A DNA stretch of 32,000 bases from Candidatus Peribacter riflensis (GCA_001430755.1 CP013062.1:570001-602000); one strand, 5' to 3'. Counted from the stretch's first letter, positions 15,733-25,100 are shown. The notes: generated by a model not told the origin, from the sequence alone. Made by a program: numbers and translations.

Positions 15733-16341
15733 TCATGATTTCAATCTCTCTCTTTCTAACCAGGATGTGAGCAATGAAAGAAATGTCTTACGCAGTGTCT
15801 GCATCTCTTGAGCGAGAGATGCGATCAGTGCTTTTTTGTGGTCCTCCACCGGTTCTTCTGCGGGAAACACTCGCAGAGCGCGAACGGGAAGTTTCATGTC
15901 CTTCTGCCCATCCCACTGAAGCGCCGGAAAACCCAAACGAACGATCTCCGCATCGAATACGGCATCGACAGTGGTCCATTGACCCGCGATGTGCACCTTC
16001 AGAAAATCGTGGAAATCGGGGATAGTCTTCCCCTGGAATTCCCTGAGTTCCGGCGGCCAGGGATGAATCGGAAATGATCCAAAATCATGCTCGGCAAACC
16101 AATTCTGGACTCTATATCCAAGACTCTCGAAGAACATCTTGAGAAGAGCATGCTTGCCGCTGCACGTACCCTTTCGGGCCAGCAAAACATCAAACGCGCT
16201 CCTTGATCCGATATCTCCATACGCAATATCCCTGACAAATTCGTACACGGCTCTGCGGCCCTGCACCTCCGACAGTGCACGAAAGCGGCGAAGCATTTCC
16301 TGAAACTGAGCCGAGGCATCGAAAGGCTGATCCACTCCCAT
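15733..16341 (-). CDS. transglutaminase-like (Cys-His-Asp) superfamily protein
   Basis: RKGTCSGKHALLKMFFESLGY carries the G-x-C nucleophile context. Downstream, DFHDFLKVHIAGQWTTVDAVFD supplies the His and Asp context of the transglutaminase-like core. The track start is a TTG at 16401 that overlaps the murC stop by 11 nt. I prefer the first ATG at 16341 (MGVDQPF...). TAGAAT at 16370..16365 lies upstream of it. The gene is visibly less GC-rich than its neighbours. Confidence 0.7.
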   Translation of the reverse strand: MGVDQPFDASAQFQEMLRRFRALSEVQGRRAVYEFVRDIAYGDIGSRSAFDVLLARKGTCSGKHALLKMFFESLGYRVQNWFAEHDFGSFPIHPWPPELREFQGKTIPDFHDFLKVHIAGQWTTVDAVFDAEIVRLGFPALQWDGQKDMKLPVRALRVFPAEEPVEDHKKALIASLAQEMQTLRKTFLSLLTSWLERERLKS

Positions 16342-16390
16342 GCACGGAACACGATAGCCTGATGATTCTATTTCAGAAAGAGACCCTTCA

Positions 16391-17671
16391 CTATCTCTCA
16401 ATCATCTTCTCTGCCAATTCCGTGATATCCCCCGCTCCGAGCGTGAGGAGCACATCGCGCGGCCTGAGAACCATCTGCGTGAGGAGCGTTGCGGTCTCCT
16501 CGAGGGATCGGCCATACAGTGCTTCAACGTGACTTTCCTGACCAATGGCGGAGACGAATCGCTCCACATCAACCATTCCGCTGTCCATCGAGCGGCGGAC
16601 ATCGTAGATAGTCGGGATGATGACGACCGAGGCTCCTTCGAAAGCGCGCGTGAATGCCTCATACAATTTGAGCGTGCGGTCGTGCGTGTGCGGCTGGAAG
16701 ACGACCACAAGCCGTCGACCGGGATACGCCTGCAAGAGTGCCTGCAACGTCGCACGGATCTCGGTGGGATGGTGCCCGTAGTCATCGATGACCGTCACGC
16801 CCTCTTTCGTCTCGCCACGCACTTCCATCCGCCGCCAGCATCCGGCATAGCCCGCGAGCGAGGCCAGCATCTGTTCGCGCTTGAGTTGAAGCTCCTCCGC
16901 GAGCGCCAGAACGAGCTGCGCATTCTGCTGCATGTGAAGGCCGGGAGTGGAGAGAGCCGGCAGCGGCAAGACATCCGCATCGATCAGCCGACGTGCGCCG
17001 TGAGCGACAATCGCCGTGCAGACGGCATCTTGGCCATGCGTGATCACCGGGCCATCCGGAGGCAGACGCTTCACGAAATCCACGAACGCCTGCTCGTACT
17101 CCTGCTGCGACCGGTAGTAGTCGAAATGATCGCCGTCCGCATTGGTGAGGAGGATGAATGACGGAGAGAGAAAGTGAAAGGACCTGCGGTACTCGCATGC
17201 CTCGACGAGAAAGAGGTCGCTTCCTCCGTTGCGCCAGTTGCGGCCATTGAGCTCGCGGAGCTTCGTGCCGACGATCACGCTGGGATCGAGCCCCGCTTCG
17301 ATGAGCACGCGCGCCGCCATCGCGGTGGTGGATGATTTGCCGTGCGTGCCGGCGACGGCGATCACCCGCTGTCCGCGAGAGAGATCTCCGAGCGCCTGAA
17401 AGTACGACTGCTGCTTCACCCCGAGTGCCGCGGCGCGCACCCGCTCGGGGCTGCCTTCGGGCACCGCCTCGGAGTACACGAAGAGGTCGAGGTCGTCCGG
17501 TACGGCCGAACCATCCTGCTTCAGAGACACGGTGATCCCCTGCCCTCTCAGATCCCGCACGATGGCGGAATCGGCGCGGTCGCTGCCAAGCACATCGTGT
17601 CCGCGACTCTTCTGGTAGGCCGCATAGGCCGAGAGCCCTATCCCGCCGATGCCACTGCAGTAGATCTTCAT
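16391..17671 (-). CDS. murC: UDP-N-acetylmuramate--L-alanine ligase
   Basis: MKIYCSGIGGIGLSAYA, the P-loop AGTHGKSSTTAM, EACEYRRSF and DDYGHHPTEI are the MurC/Mur-ligase signatures, in the right order and spacing. The start at 17671 is ATG. Confidence 0.93.
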   Translation of the reverse strand: MKIYCSGIGGIGLSAYAAYQKSRGHDVLGSDRADSAIVRDLRGQGITVSLKQDGSAVPDDLDLFVYSEAVPEGSPERVRAAALGVKQQSYFQALGDLSRGQRVIAVAGTHGKSSTTAMAARVLIEAGLDPSVIVGTKLRELNGRNWRNGGSDLFLVEACEYRRSFHFLSPSFILLTNADGDHFDYYRSQQEYEQAFVDFVKRLPPDGPVITHGQDAVCTAIVAHGARRLIDADVLPLPALSTPGLHMQQNAQLVLALAEELQLKREQMLASLAGYAGCWRRMEVRGETKEGVTVIDDYGHHPTEIRATLQALLQAYPGRRLVVVFQPHTHDRTLKLYEAFTRAFEGASVVIIPTIYDVRRSMDSGMVDVERFVSAIGQESHVEALYGRSLEETATLLTQMVLRPRDVLLTLGAGDITELAEKMIER

Positions 17672-17697
17672 CTGAAGACAGTATAGATGCCCCGCTC

Positions 17698-17790
17698 AGG
17701 AAATAGAGGAAAGAAAAGAAATAAAAGAACGAGAGAAGAAGTCCATGGTTCTTCTCTTTCCTTTGTCTCCTTTATTTCCTCTCTTTCCTC
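17698..17790. repeat. polypurine / polypyrimidine imperfect inverted repeat in the murC - ftsB-like divergent region
   Basis: 17698..17741 is 44 nt with only 3 pyrimidines. 17749..17790 is 42 nt with only 2 purines. The two tracts flank ccatgg (17743..17748). The perfect 9-bp core stem is agagaagaa (17732..17740) pairing with ttcttctct (17749..17757). Confidence 0.7.
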
Positions 17791-17835
17791 AAACCGGTAA
17801 GCTACGCATCCGTGGCGTATCAGCACATCGAACCC

Positions 17836-18258
17836 ATGAGCAAACAGCTCACGATTATCGTGGGTCTCACGGTCGTGGGATTCATGGCATTCGGGCTTGC
17901 CCTCTCGTTCTACCGCAATGTCCTCTTTGAACAGACGCTCTCGGATATCCGGGGACAGAACACCACGCTGCGCCGCCGCATCGCGCGCGGCTACAAAGAG
18001 CTGGATTACTACCGCTCCGCCCAGTTTAAGGATAAGTACGCCAAAGAGAATCTGGACATGGTCATGCCGGGCGAGAAGGTGCTCATCATCACCGAACAGC
18101 AACGGCCCTTAGACCTCACCCCCGCAGAAGAAACCTCCTACGCTGAGGAGCGCGAGGCCGCCTATCTGGAACTGCTGCGGCAGATGCCGGTCTTCGAACA
18201 CTGGAAACTCTTCTTCTTCCACCGCGACCGGATCGAGGAATTGAAGCGGGCGCTCTAA
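17836..18258 (+). CDS. cell-division protein, FtsB/DivIC (septum formation initiator) family
   Basis: The protein has a single TM helix (LTIIVGLTVVGFMAFGLALSFY) and then a coiled-coil-like segment. The family-typical motif YAKENLDMVMPGEKVLII compares with ARxELGMVKPGE. The track start is GTG 17812; ATG 17836 (MSKQL...) is preferred. Confidence 0.7.
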   Translation: MSKQLTIIVGLTVVGFMAFGLALSFYRNVLFEQTLSDIRGQNTTLRRRIARGYKELDYYRSAQFKDKYAKENLDMVMPGEKVLIITEQQRPLDLTPAEETSYAEEREAAYLELLRQMPVFEHWKLFFFHRDRIEELKRAL

Positions 18259-18365
18259 AGTGTGAAAGGCAAAGAACAGCCACGCACCAGTCGCTGCGCT
18301 CCGGTGCGGGACATGTACCAGAACCTCCTCGGCAAGCGATGGCGGTGCCATGTACCGAACGCCGC

Positions 18366-18393
18366 GTTAACAAAACAGGCGCCGAAGGCGCCT
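18366..18393 (-). terminator. rho-independent terminator of the tRNA gene
   Basis: On the minus strand this reads AGGCGCC-TTC-GGCGCCT, a 7-bp GC-rich stem at 18377..18393. GTTTTGTTAAC follows immediately. The structure starts 16 nt past the tRNA 3' end. Confidence 0.6.
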
Positions 18394-18409
18394 GCGGCGT
18401 TCTGGTACA

Positions 18410-18487
<78 letters not shown>

Positions 18488-18519
18488 CGAAACCTTGCCC
18501 ATTCTGCCTGAGTATTTTC

Positions 18520-18547
18520 TTGCACGGAAGAGGAAAATGCGTAGAAT
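18520..18547 (+). promoter_or_regulatory. candidate promoter for rpmA
   Basis: TTGCAC at 18520..18525, a 16-nt spacer, then TAGAAT at 18542..18547. The ATG at 18557 is only 9 nt after the -10 hexamer and has no Shine-Dalgarno sequence. Confidence 0.35.
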
Positions 18548-18556
18548 CCGTTCGCT

Positions 18557-18841
18557 ATGGCACATAAGAAAGCAGGAGGCTCTACAAGCAACGGCCGGGA
18601 CAGTGTCGCCAAACGCAGAGGCGTGAAGCGTTCTGGCGGCCAGATCGTATCCGCCGGCGAGGTGCTCATTCGTCAGAAAGGGTACTGGTACCGGCCCGGC
18701 GCCAACACGCACCTGGGCAAGGATTGGACGATTCATGCGAATTGCGACGGCCGTGTCCGCTTCTCTGAGAAACGCGTGACGAAATTCAGCGGTCGCCGCG
18801 AACAGAGCACCTTCGTGCACGTGGAGCCCGTGAAGGCATAG
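18557..18841 (+). CDS. rpmA: 50S ribosomal protein L27
   Basis: [42 protein letters not shown]... matches the L27 N-terminal consensus ([22 protein letters not shown]). 94 aa. There is no N-terminal pro-sequence. Confidence 0.95.
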   Translation: MAHKKAGGSTSNGRDSVAKRRGVKRSGGQIVSAGEVLIRQKGYWYRPGANTHLGKDWTIHANCDGRVRFSEKRVTKFSGRREQSTFVHVEPVKA

Positions 18842-18909
18842 GGCCGCAACACTTCCCATTGCATCCGCATGATGTTTTATTGAGAGGGTTTTATCTGTAC
18901 CATGGGCCC

Positions 18910-19599
18910 ATGTCTGACATCGGAGGTCCAGAAATCGGGGCACCCGGCGAGGGCGCGGGAGGAGGATTCGAAGAGCTGAGTGAAGAGGCCAAGCAGCGCT
19001 TCGCCGCCGCGGCTGCCGGCATGCAGCAGATCCGGCGGGAGGAGAAGAAGAGCAAGCGCCGTGATGACCAGGTCGCCAAAGCGATCGTGCAGTTTTTGGA
19101 CGAAGCCGAGCACTCGCACCTCTTCGTGCTGATCTCCCGCTTGGTCGCCCGCGACTGCCCCTCGATCTTCATCCTCGCGATCCTCTCGCTCATTCATCAG
19201 GGCTGCCGCGAAACGGTGAAAGAATACCTCAGTGAAATGCTGAACGAGGTACCCGAACCCGATCTCGCAGCGGCCACGGCGCTCACGAAGGGCGGCGCCA
19301 TTGCCGCGGAGGATGGCCAGATCCTCATCCGCTGGATCACGCGCCTGCAGACGGTCCTGTCGCTCGACGTCGCAGGGATTCTCTTAAAGCTCATGATCGA
19401 CGAGAAGCACATCGACGGCACCATCCTGCAACTCACCACCTTTGTGCTCCAGGAATTTTTCCAGTCACAGAAGAAAGAAATCCCATTCGAAAAATTGCAG
19501 CCGCTCACGGCGAGCATCCTGCAGACGGTCTTCGAACCGTTCATCCCGAGCGTGCGCAAACTCCTGCTGGAGCGAGCGGCAACGAAGAAAGAAGACTGA
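18910..19599 (+). CDS. hypothetical protein
   Basis: The track ORF starts at TTG 18859. The first in-frame ATG is 18910 (MSDIGGPEIG...). The protein is helical-looking with a charged N-terminal region (QQIRREEKKSKRRDDQ). No motif recognised. Confidence 0.6.
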   Translation: MSDIGGPEIGAPGEGAGGGFEELSEEAKQRFAAAAAGMQQIRREEKKSKRRDDQVAKAIVQFLDEAEHSHLFVLISRLVARDCPSIFILAILSLIHQGCRETVKEYLSEMLNEVPEPDLAAATALTKGGAIAAEDGQILIRWITRLQTVLSLDVAGILLKLMIDEKHIDGTILQLTTFVLQEFFQSQKKEIPFEKLQPLTASILQTVFEPFIPSVRKLLLERAATKKED

Positions 19600-19614
19600 G
19601 ACGACACGGGAGGA

Positions 19615-20022
19615 TTAGATTTCCGCACAAGGAAAATCCTGAAGCGCCGTCTGCTTCACACCGTTCACTTCGCCGTACAGCCGCAGCCGATCCACCGGAA
19701 TGGCGAATGCAGTTCCTTCAAGAATCTTCATCACCTTCTTCTTCACGATAGTGAATCTCTGCGGATGAGCGATGCGCGCGAGCGTGATATGCGGCACAAA
19801 GGGACGTCCGTCGGACCACGGACACGTCTTCTTCACCCGCGCCAGCTCTTCACTGAAGCCAACGGGCAGAAAGAGCACGTGCTCCTCTCCCCTGCTGCCG
19901 AAGGTATCCGCACCCATCACGTGCATCGTGAACGGCCGATGGAGTAGTGCGATTTTCCGTGCCTGCGCCGCGATGCCCTGGTATTCGAGCGGCCCCACGC
20001 TCGGCCAGAACATAAGGGTCAA
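19615..20022 (-). CDS. thpR: 2H phosphoesterase (2'-5' RNA ligase / ThpR-LigT family); the true N-terminus is probably upstream of 20022
   Basis: The second H-x-T-x motif is VPHITLARI. The first, PHLTLMF, straddles the only available start, TTG 20022, so the His at 20025..20023 lies just outside the track ORF. The frame stays open upstream to a stop at 20208..20206. That stretch encodes a family-typical N-terminal strand (RSVFLALPLEGNPKWQFQALQEELKPF) but contains no ATG, GTG or TTG. Confidence 0.7.
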   Translation of the reverse strand: MTLMFWPSVGPLEYQGIAAQARKIALLHRPFTMHVMGADTFGSRGEEHVLFLPVGFSEELARVKKTCPWSDGRPFVPHITLARIAHPQRFTIVKKKVMKILEGTAFAIPVDRLRLYGEVNGVKQTALQDFPCAEI

Positions 20023-20176
20023 GTGCGGTGATTGCGGATTCTGAAAACGGAGAATATCCGCAAAGGGTTTCAGCTCCTCCTGAAGCGCCTGAAACTGCCA
20101 CTTGGGGTTGCCCTCGAGCGGGAGGGCGAGAAAGACGGACCGGAGGGGGAAGTTGAGAGATTGGATACCGAAGGAG

Positions 20177-20265
20177 GAATATCGGAGTAACAGAGTATCA
20201 GAATATCAGTGAAACAACCCCGACCCTGCATACTGATATTCTGATATTCCGATATTCTGATACTC
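20177..20265. repeat. two convergent arrays of four tandem octamers (consensus TGATAYTC)
   Basis: Left array on the + strand: GAATATCG 20177..20184, GAGTAACA 20185..20192, GAGTATCA 20193..20200, GAATATCA 20201..20208. Right array: TGATATTC 20234..20241, TGATATTC 20242..20249, CGATATTC 20250..20257, TGATACTC 20258..20265. The arms are reverse complements of one another around a 25-nt G/C-richer spacer. The innermost 8 bp pair perfectly and the next 8 bp have one mismatch. Confidence 0.85.
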
Positions 20266-20267
20266 CA

Positions 20268-22085
20268 CTACGATCGCTTCAGCACGGTCAGAAATGCCTC
20301 CTGTGTCAACGTCACCCGGCCCATCTTCTTCATGCGCTTCTTGCCCTTCTTCTGCTTCTCGAGGAGCTTATTCTTGCGCGTCACATCCCCGCCGTAGAGG
20401 TACCCCGTCACGTCTTTGCGGTAGGCTGCCACCGTCTCGCGCGCGACGATCTTGCCGCCAATAGCGGCCTGAATGGGAATCTGGAACTGTTGCTTGGGCA
20501 TGACCTCCTTGAGCTTCTTTGCGATCACCGCACCCACATGGTGCGCTTCACTGCGATGCACAATAGTCGAGAGCGCATCGGCGCTCTCACCGAGCAGAAG
20601 AATCTGAAGCTTCACGAGGTCTCCCGCCCGGTAACCGATGGGATCGTAACTCATGGAGCCGTAGCCGGAGGTGGCGGACTTGAGGAGGTCGAAGAAGTCG
20701 AGGACGATTGCCTGCAGCGGCACCTCGAAAGTGAGGAGGGCACGATCGGCATCGAGGTAGCTCAAGTCCAACTGGATGCCGCGGCGATCCCCGATGAGCG
20801 TCATGGCCGCGCCGATATCCTGTGCCCTGCACACGATCTCGAGCTTCACCCACGGCTCGCGCACTTCGGCGATGCACGAGGGATCGGGAAAGTCGGCGGG
20901 ATTGCTGATGCGCGCCGTATCAGGCTCGTCCACTTTGAGCAGGCTGGCACGCACCACTTCCGCGGGACGGCGAACCGCAAGCTTCACCTCGTAGAGCACG
21001 CTCGGCGCGGTGATGATGAGATCGCAGTCATGCTCGCGCTCCAGTCGCTCCTGCACGATATCCATGTGGAGCAGACCCAAAAATCCGCACCGGAATCCGT
21101 TGCCCAGCGCCGCATTGTGCTCCGGCTCAAATTTGAGGGCGGCATCGTTGAGGGCCAGCTTCTCGAGCGCCTCGCGCAGGTCTGGATAGTTGTCGGCCTC
21201 CGACGGATAGAGCCCGGCGAAAACCATGGGCTGCACCTCCGTGTACCCGGGCAGAGCCTGCAGACCTTCTGTGGATGCCACGGTGTCTCCCGTACGGACC
21301 GAGCGGACATCTTTCGACCCCGTGACGATGTAGCCGATCTCACCTTCCGCGAGAGCGGGGTCCGATGCGTACTTGGGAGAGAAGTGCCCCAGATCCAAGA
21401 CCTCGACGGGAGTTTTGGTCCCCAGCAGGTGCGCCTTGTCCCCTTTCGTAAATGTGCCCTCGACCACGCGTACGTAGGCGACGGCCCCGCGGTACGGATC
21501 CATCACCGCATCGAAGATGAGTGCGCGTGCTCCGCCCGACTGAGCGAACTTTTTGGGGGGCGGAACCAGCTGCACCACCCTGTCGAGAACCTCGGTGACT
21601 CCCCTGCCCTCTTTTGCCGAAATCCGCAGGATCTCTTCCTTCTCACAGCCGAGCAACTTCATCACTTCTTCGCTCACCCGTTCAGGATCCGCCGCAGGCA
21701 GATCGATCTTATTGAGCACGGGAATAATTGTGAGGTTACATTCCATCGCCATCGTCAGCACAGCGAGCGTCTGGGCCTGAATGCCCTGCGAGCAATCAAC
21801 GAGCAGAATGGCACCCTCGCACGCCACAAGACTACGGCTCACCTCGTAGCGGAAATCGGTATGCCCGGGCGTGTCGATGAGGTTCAATTGGATTCCTTTC
21901 CAGCCCATGCGCACCGGGGTCAATTTAATCGTGATGCCGCGCTCACGCTCCAGATCCATCATATCGAGGAGCTGCTCTTTCATCTCGCGCTTCTGCAGCG
22001 TGCCCGTGGCCTCGATCATACGGTCGGCAAGAGTAGATTTGCCATGATCGATATGCGCGATAATGCAGAAGTTACGGATTTCCAT
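20268..22085 (-). CDS. lepA: elongation factor 4 (LepA)
   Basis: MEIRNFCIIAHIDHGKSTLADR (G1), DTPGHTDF (G3) and NKIDL (G4), with the LepA-specific C-terminal region conserved throughout. The track start is GTG 22091; ATG 22085 gives the canonical N-terminus. Confidence 0.95.
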   Translation of the reverse strand: MEIRNFCIIAHIDHGKSTLADRMIEATGTLQKREMKEQLLDMMDLERERGITIKLTPVRMGWKGIQLNLIDTPGHTDFRYEVSRSLVACEGAILLVDCSQGIQAQTLAVLTMAMECNLTIIPVLNKIDLPAADPERVSEEVMKLLGCEKEEILRISAKEGRGVTEVLDRVVQLVPPPKKFAQSGGARALIFDAVMDPYRGAVAYVRVVEGTFTKGDKAHLLGTKTPVEVLDLGHFSPKYASDPALAEGEIGYIVTGSKDVRSVRTGDTVASTEGLQALPGYTEVQPMVFAGLYPSEADNYPDLREALEKLALNDAALKFEPEHNAALGNGFRCGFLGLLHMDIVQERLEREHDCDLIITAPSVLYEVKLAVRRPAEVVRASLLKVDEPDTARISNPADFPDPSCIAEVREPWVKLEIVCRAQDIGAAMTLIGDRRGIQLDLSYLDADRALLTFEVPLQAIVLDFFDLLKSATSGYGSMSYDPIGYRAGDLVKLQILLLGESADALSTIVHRSEAHHVGAVIAKKLKEVMPKQQFQIPIQAAIGGKIVARETVAAYRKDVTGYLYGGDVTRKNKLLEKQKKGKKRMKKMGRVTLTQEAFLTVLKRS

Positions 22086-22140
22086 GCCCACTCATCCTAC
22101 TGAGCGCCACGTCGAAACTCCAGACACAAGATGGAAACAA

Positions 22141-22163
22141 GGGAAGATAATTGAAGACTTCCC
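22141..22163 (-). terminator. weak hairpin between the 1575-aa gene and lepA
   Basis: On the minus strand this reads GGGAAG-tcttcaattat-CTTCCC followed by TTGTTTCC. The stem is only 6 bp, so it could attenuate rather than terminate. Confidence 0.3.
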
Positions 22164-22175
22164 ACGGCATTCACC

Positions 22176-25100
22176 TCATTGGAATGATTCCATGTTCTTC
22201 AGAATCCGCCCATATGCCTTGCTCGACACTGTCCCATCCAGAAGGTTATTGAGGAGCACATGGAGGAACTGCCGGGGATCCTTCGTCTTTTCGTAGAGAG
22301 GCAAGAGTTTTGCGAAGAGATTTTGACGATATTCCGCTGGACCCCACGAGAATGACGAGCGATACGTGGTGAGATCGAGCAGACGATGCAATTCATATGC
22401 ACGAACCTTGCGCAGAAATGCAGCATCATGTTCTTTGGGATGACCACTGAGATTGAGCGGCGTCGAGAGAACAGCAAAACCAAGATCCTGGTCTTCTTTC
22501 GTGAACGCGTCGGTGGGTTCCTGTGTGAGCATGTCCAGGCGACGTATGGTATACGTAAAGGTTTTTCCGTCTTTATCCGCAGAAAAACGGAAGGCATCTG
22601 ATTCCTGTGGAAGCCATACCCCCTTGTTCTCGCGGTGCACACCCATGCTCGGCACGCCGATCTGATCGAGGAATGCAGAAGTGAATTTCACATCGTGCCC
22701 TCCGAGATGTCCCCGAAATTCTCCGGGCGACAACGAGAGCTCCTTCGCGGCTTCATTCCGCTTATACACACCCGGAACATACAACATCTCTGGCATCTGC
22801 TGCGCGCGCTCAACGGCACGATCGTGCATGAGTTGCTGCTCCTGCTCCAACCGATCGCCCTCCGCATGCTCCTGCTCCCACTTTGTCTCCTGTGCATTCA
22901 GTCTCTGTCGCGCTGCACGCTCCGCATTCTGCCGACGATCGATAAGGGTTTTACGTGCCTGTTCCAAGAGACGAGACAATCCGGGTTTGCGCTCAGCTTC
23001 GCGCATGGTGACCGGCTGCAGCAATCCGGGAATGACTTGTAGATTCGTGTTATTGAGTTGCGCAGTTGCTGCTGCCTGTTGCAGAACGAGCACGCGACCG
23101 TTCTCGAGATCCCCGAGAACGTAGGTTGCAAGCACCATGTCATGATTCCCCGGAAGATTGCGTCCCTCGTAGAAGACCGCGCGGAGCGGAAGATGAGGGA
23201 ATCCTTCGGGCAACTTCACACTCGTGAGTTTTCGGCTGACTCGGTGACTCACGCTCCCAGCAGTGAAAACGAGAGTCGGCTCAGATTCCTCGCCAAAGAA
23301 ACCCTCGGTGAGCTGATGATTGAACCGGAACGCCGCACGTCGCTCCCCCACGCGTTTGTCGGACTCGATGAGGTCGATGCCATCGATCGTGATGTGCTCA
23401 AGGCCATTGGCGAGCGTCGTCTGATCCGCACTTGCTCCCAAAAACGCATCGAGCAGCCCCGGTTCACTCTTGATCGATTTTTTGCCCGATGCCGAGCGAA
23501 TGTTATCGGCGGCAGTCGCTGCGTAACTCGTGGGGAAATCGAAATGCGCAATGGCTCCCATGAGCGTGGCATCCTTGGGCCACTTGAGTTCCACGGCATC
23601 CGTGAACGTTTTGATATCGTGCCACTCCTTGCCCTCTGCATTCTGCTGTTCCCCCACATCACGAGGGAGAACGCGCGAAAGACGCATGCGCAACGCCGGA
23701 TCGGCAATGAGTTGTTCCAGCAACGCATCACCTGATGCAAAATTCAGATCCTCGCGCAGGCCAGGAACGCTCCCTGCAGGAACAGTAAGGGGCTCCTTGC
23801 GGTCGACACGGGCTGCAAGTTCTTCAACAAGTCGTTGCACACGGGTTCGTCCCTGCGCATCGACAAGCTGATCCCGTTCAAGAGAATGCAGTGGCGTGCC
23901 GAATGCCGTTTTCGCTCCGAGAGCATGCACGACGTCGGTTAGCACTCCCTGCACACCTCTGTCGCCATCGGGAACCGCCCGGTATTGCTCAAGAGCATCT
24001 ACCGCATGCACATATTCCCGCTCCTTGCGGTGCTCGAGGTACACGACCAACGCCTCGCGCAGGGCGCGACGAACATTCACAGATGAAATATCAGGCGTGC
24101 GCGCCGGAGCCAGACTAAATCCGCCCACGCGCCCCGCCCTGATATCGTCGACCGAGAGCGCCCCGTCCGAGAGCTGCCAGAGCCGCACGGCATAGTACGG
24201 CAGCAGTACGGACCTGAAATCCTCTTTGAAGAAGGCGTCCACATTCTTGGGATGCATTCCCGTGGGATAGAGTGCATCGATGAGTTCCGGTACGTTCGCA
24301 AGCTCGTCGTGCAGTATGCAAAAGAGCACCTTCTCGCGGATATTTTTCTTCTGTTCGCCGGACTTGCTCGTGATCGGATCTGTCAGCATCAATTCCGATG
24401 TCGTCGCAAGCATCCCGTACTTCTTTTCTCCGATCGTATGTTCGACATCGATTTTTGCGAGCAACCATGCCGGGCAACGCTCAAGGAAAGTTCGATCGGC
24501 CTTTTGATCAATGCCATAGACAAGCGTCTCGATCGCCACCTCCGCCGCAAGAACCGGAAGCGACGCACGTAGTGGAGCCGTTCCCTTCCGTATCGTACTC
24601 AGAGCGCGCAGGATCATCGGCAACTCAACGATGTCTCCTCCGATACGCACAATCTGGGCAATCTCGTGCCCCTGCTCTGCGGCCTTTAGCTCCGCAACGT
24701 TCACGGTGCACACCGTTCCTCCGTCCTTGTACGTGAATCGCGCATTCTGATCGGGAGGATCTGCCTCGAATCCCGCCAGCTTGAGATCGGCGATGATCAG
24801 CTTTTCGCGCTGTTCGATGATGCGGTCCATCGCTCCCAGCTCCTTCACGTCTTCGTAGATGCGATAGATCTGCAACGCAGTGAGACCGGTCGTCAGAATT
24901 GCAGAAGGCTTCAGTAGATTCCACGTTGTAGCGGGAAGACGACTGATACCGCGAATGATTGCAGGAGCTTTGCGGAGCAGGTAGAGAGTCGCACCCGTCG
25001 CCGAGCCACCGACAATCCACGGCAGCAGTGCGCCCACAGCCGCAGTGATTCCCAACGCCTTGAGCAAAGTCATCCAGCCCTGTTTGATCGCATTGATCTC

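Noticed and set aside
17668-18102. 144-aa minus-strand ORF overlapping the murC start
   Set aside because: It is antisense to the FtsB/DivIC-like gene. It reads through the polypurine/polypyrimidine element, producing EEREE/KEKE low-complexity sequence.
20177-20265. Octamer arrays as a CRISPR or minisatellite locus
   Set aside because: The units are 8 bp and directly abutting, with no spacers. There are only 4+4 copies in inverted orientation, and no cas genes. This is not CRISPR architecture.
20490-22103. 537-aa + strand ORF
   Set aside because: It is antisense to lepA, which has a complete GTPase motif set.
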